This document shows, piece by piece, positions 32,929 through 35,310 of a stretch of DNA of 35,310 nt. The stretch spans positions 12,460,840 to 12,496,149 of the forward strand of contig NC_068994.1 in the NCBI RefSeq assembly GCF_001194135.2, in the 5' to 3' direction. Every line of letters starts with the position of its first letter. Position 1 is the first letter of the stretch. The stretch comes from Octopus bimaculoides (lineage: Eukaryota). Under the pieces are notes generated by a model. That model was not told where the DNA came from, did no database searches, and worked only from the letters and a program-made list of their open reading frames with translations. A program made the translations under genes and the position numbers.

Positions 32929-33785
32929 CACAGTAAATATTGAATGGTATAAATAGAATTGAGAAATAAGGGTTTTCAGCCAGCTAAAGTCTAAGACAGA
33001 ATTATAGAGATAGGTGACTATGTGAGGAAGTTAAAACTGAAAAACTTGAATAAATGAGTGAGTTTGGCGACATCGTTAGGGACAACTGAAAATGAATTTG
33101 AGCACTTTATAAGATATTATGAATCAGGGCAAAAATACATAGAAAAGTACAAGCTAGGCTAGAAAGACAGAACTTATCTGGTCATGCTTCTATGGTTGCA
33201 TTAATTCGGCAGAGATTCTAGGAACAAGTGAAGAAATCAAGTGCGCGCGCTAGTTTTATAGGCCTGGCGGGCGAAGCAAGGGGTCAATCGAAAGAGGGAG
33301 GAGAAGAGAGATAGAGAGCGAGAGGGATCGAGAGAGACAGAGTAAAGCAGATATCGAAAGAGATAGAGTAAAGCAGAGGGGGGTTAGGCCAGCATGAGGG
33401 AGAATAGAGAGATAGTTTTGGGGATTTCTGTTGCATAGACACAGTAAATATTGAATGGTATAAATAGAATTGAGAAATAAGGGTTTTCGGCCAGCTAAGT
33501 CTAAGACAGAATTATAGAGATAGGTGACTATGTGAGGAAATTAAAACTGAAAATCTTGAATAAATGAGTGAGTTTGACATCGTTAGGGACAACTGAAAAT
33601 GAATTTGAGCACTAAATAAGATATTACGAATCAGGGCAAAAATACATAGAAAAGTACAAGCTAGGCTAGAAAGACAGAACTTATCTGATCATGCTTCTAT
33701 GGTCATATTAATTCGGCAGAGATTCTAAGAACAAGTGAAGAAATCAAGTGCGTGCGCTAGTTTTATAGGCCTGGCGGGTGAAGCA
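32929..33785. repeat. ~350-bp direct repeat pair with a ~160-bp purine-rich spacer (period ~511 bp)
   Basis: 32929-33278 and 33440-33785 align end to end (cacagtaaatattg...ggcctggcgggYgaagca) with scattered substitutions. Confidence 0.92.
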
Positions 33786-34039
33786 GTGTGAAAAACAAAA
33801 TAGGAATTATGAAAGAAATTTCTATAAAATTGAATGGCTGGGGGTGGGGGTGGGGTCACCATAATAAATTAGTAATCTAAGGGATCCTTAGAAAAAAAAT
33901 GATTGAGAACCACTGGATTAAACCATTGAAAACTACATCCCAGCTTGGCTGCAGTCCAAAAGCGAAACAAGTAAAAGATAAAAGAAAATGTGTGAGTGTG
34001 TGCATGCATATGAGAGAGAGAGAGAGAGGCCTGAGTGTT

Positions 34040-34105
<66 letters not shown>

Positions 34106-34269
34106 GATGTATATAGATGTGTGTATGTATATATATATATGTATGTCATCATCATCATCATTTAACGTCCGGTCTCCATGGTGATATGAATATATATATA
34201 TACACCTGACTCAAGCCTTGTGAGAGGATTTGATTGACGTAAACTGAACAAACATATATCCATACATAT

Positions 34270-34497
34270 ATTATTACTTTATTGCCCACAGGGGGCTAAA
34301 CATAGAGGGGACAAACAAGGACAGACAAAGGGATTAAGTCAATTACATCGACCCCAGTGCGTAACTGGTACTTAATTTATCAACCCCGAAAGGATGAAAG
34401 TCGACCTCGGCGGAATTTGAACTCAGAACATAGCGGCAGATGAAATACTGCAAAGCATTTCGCCCGGCGTGCTAACATTTCTGCCAAGTCGCCGCCT
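34270..34497 (-). mobile_element. tRNA-derived SINE (head ggcggcgacttggcagaaatgttagcacgccgggcgaaatg); second copy 18655-18870(+)
   Basis: B-box-like gagttcaaattcc and central ggggtcgataaattaagtaccagtt...ctggggtcgatgtaat; two copies in the window. Confidence 0.75.
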
Positions 34498-34499
34498 AT

Positions 34500-35010
34500 C
34501 AATATATCCATACATATATGTACATACCAACGTCTATATGTATACTTACAAGCATATATGGGTACAGGACATCACAAAAACCGTTAAACACAATGAGAAA
34601 TGAAAACATAAAGATGAAGACAGAAAACGAACTTTTTTTTCGAACAATGAAAAAAAAAACAAACAGAGAAACGAGACATACAACATAAAGAATATTACCC
34701 TTCTTCAGTTGTCCCTGCTCCATCTACTCCGTGTTTTGAAGGCAAGGACAATACGCGACTTTGTTGGAACAGTCATTCCCGCAAGCAAATTAATTAAAAT
34801 TTGGACATTTTTTGCAGAGGGTGAAAGTGTAATCAAGAACAGGACAGTAAAAACAAGACAGAACAGCGAGAACAAACGGTAAGGGCTGTTAGGCCAAGAC
34901 GATAGAAAAATTATTTTGAATATATATATGTATATATATATATATATATTGTATAAAGAATCGTGGGTAAGGCCAGAAGAATGTGAAGGAAATGCAAGGC
35001 AAATCACAAG
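34500..35010 (-). mobile_element. Unclassified repeat, possibly Penelope-like remnant
   Basis: Shares the motif aaacacggagt and a ctgaaga word with the 15.6-kb hammerhead. No ORF recognised. Confidence 0.3.
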
Positions 35011-35131
35011 AAAACAAATACATGAATTAATGTAGACTTACCTTGTATTCAATATTTCGGGGTTTATGACCCCATTTGGCAAAAAAAAAAAAAATAAATA
35101 ACCATCCCAAAATACATTATATATATATATC

Positions 35132-35310
35132 GAGGTAGTTAGAGTATGTGACAGAGTACTTAAGATTAGACTAGTGCTTCATCATAGGCTAGCTACTGTC
35201 ATCTCAGCCTATGCCCCTCAACCGGGGCTCCCGGATGGGCTGAAAGACCAATTCTATGACACCCTCTTGCAAACTACCTCGTCGACAAGAGACAGAGACC
35301 TTCTCTTTGT
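35132..35310 (+). mobile_element. RTE LINE APE endonuclease fragment running off the window
   Basis: Uninterrupted EVVRVCDRVLKIRLVLHHRLATVISAYAPQPGLPDGLKDQFYDTLLQTTSSTRDRDLLF containing the ISAYAPQ motif. Confidence 0.85.

Overview
AT-rich, microsatellite- and repeat-dense eukaryotic DNA from a draft assembly with about 11 N-gaps. The SINE/RTE/mariner repertoire and the mollusc-type Na+/K+-ATPase sequence point to a cephalopod, probably Octopus (inference). The host gene lies on the + strand as small exons that the ORF track does not resolve: 9122-9244, 12743-12887, 16774-16902, probably 21972-22030 and possibly 29180-29290. They splice in frame into the harmonin-N-like (HHD) region of the helicase RTEL1. 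Upstream, antisense and probably intronic, is a decayed, intronless, 5'-truncated retrocopy of the Na+/K+-ATPase alpha subunit (4669-6246), itself interrupted by a SINE and by a LINE fragment with a 10-bp TSD. Other content: two near-full-length dead mariners, a DD41D Tc1/mariner deletion derivative, MITEs, RTE LINE fragments and dozens of SINEs. The most unusual objects are (1) a ~475-bp mini-Penelope element with inverted terminal arms that each carry a type I hammerhead ribozyme fold, flanking a short intron and the ORF start; (2) inverted SINEs tightly bracketing a frame-symmetric RTEL1 exon; and (3) a perfect 151-bp-arm palindrome beside a gap. All of this was read by eye with no searches run. 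Repeat boundaries are approximate unless TIRs/TSDs are quoted.
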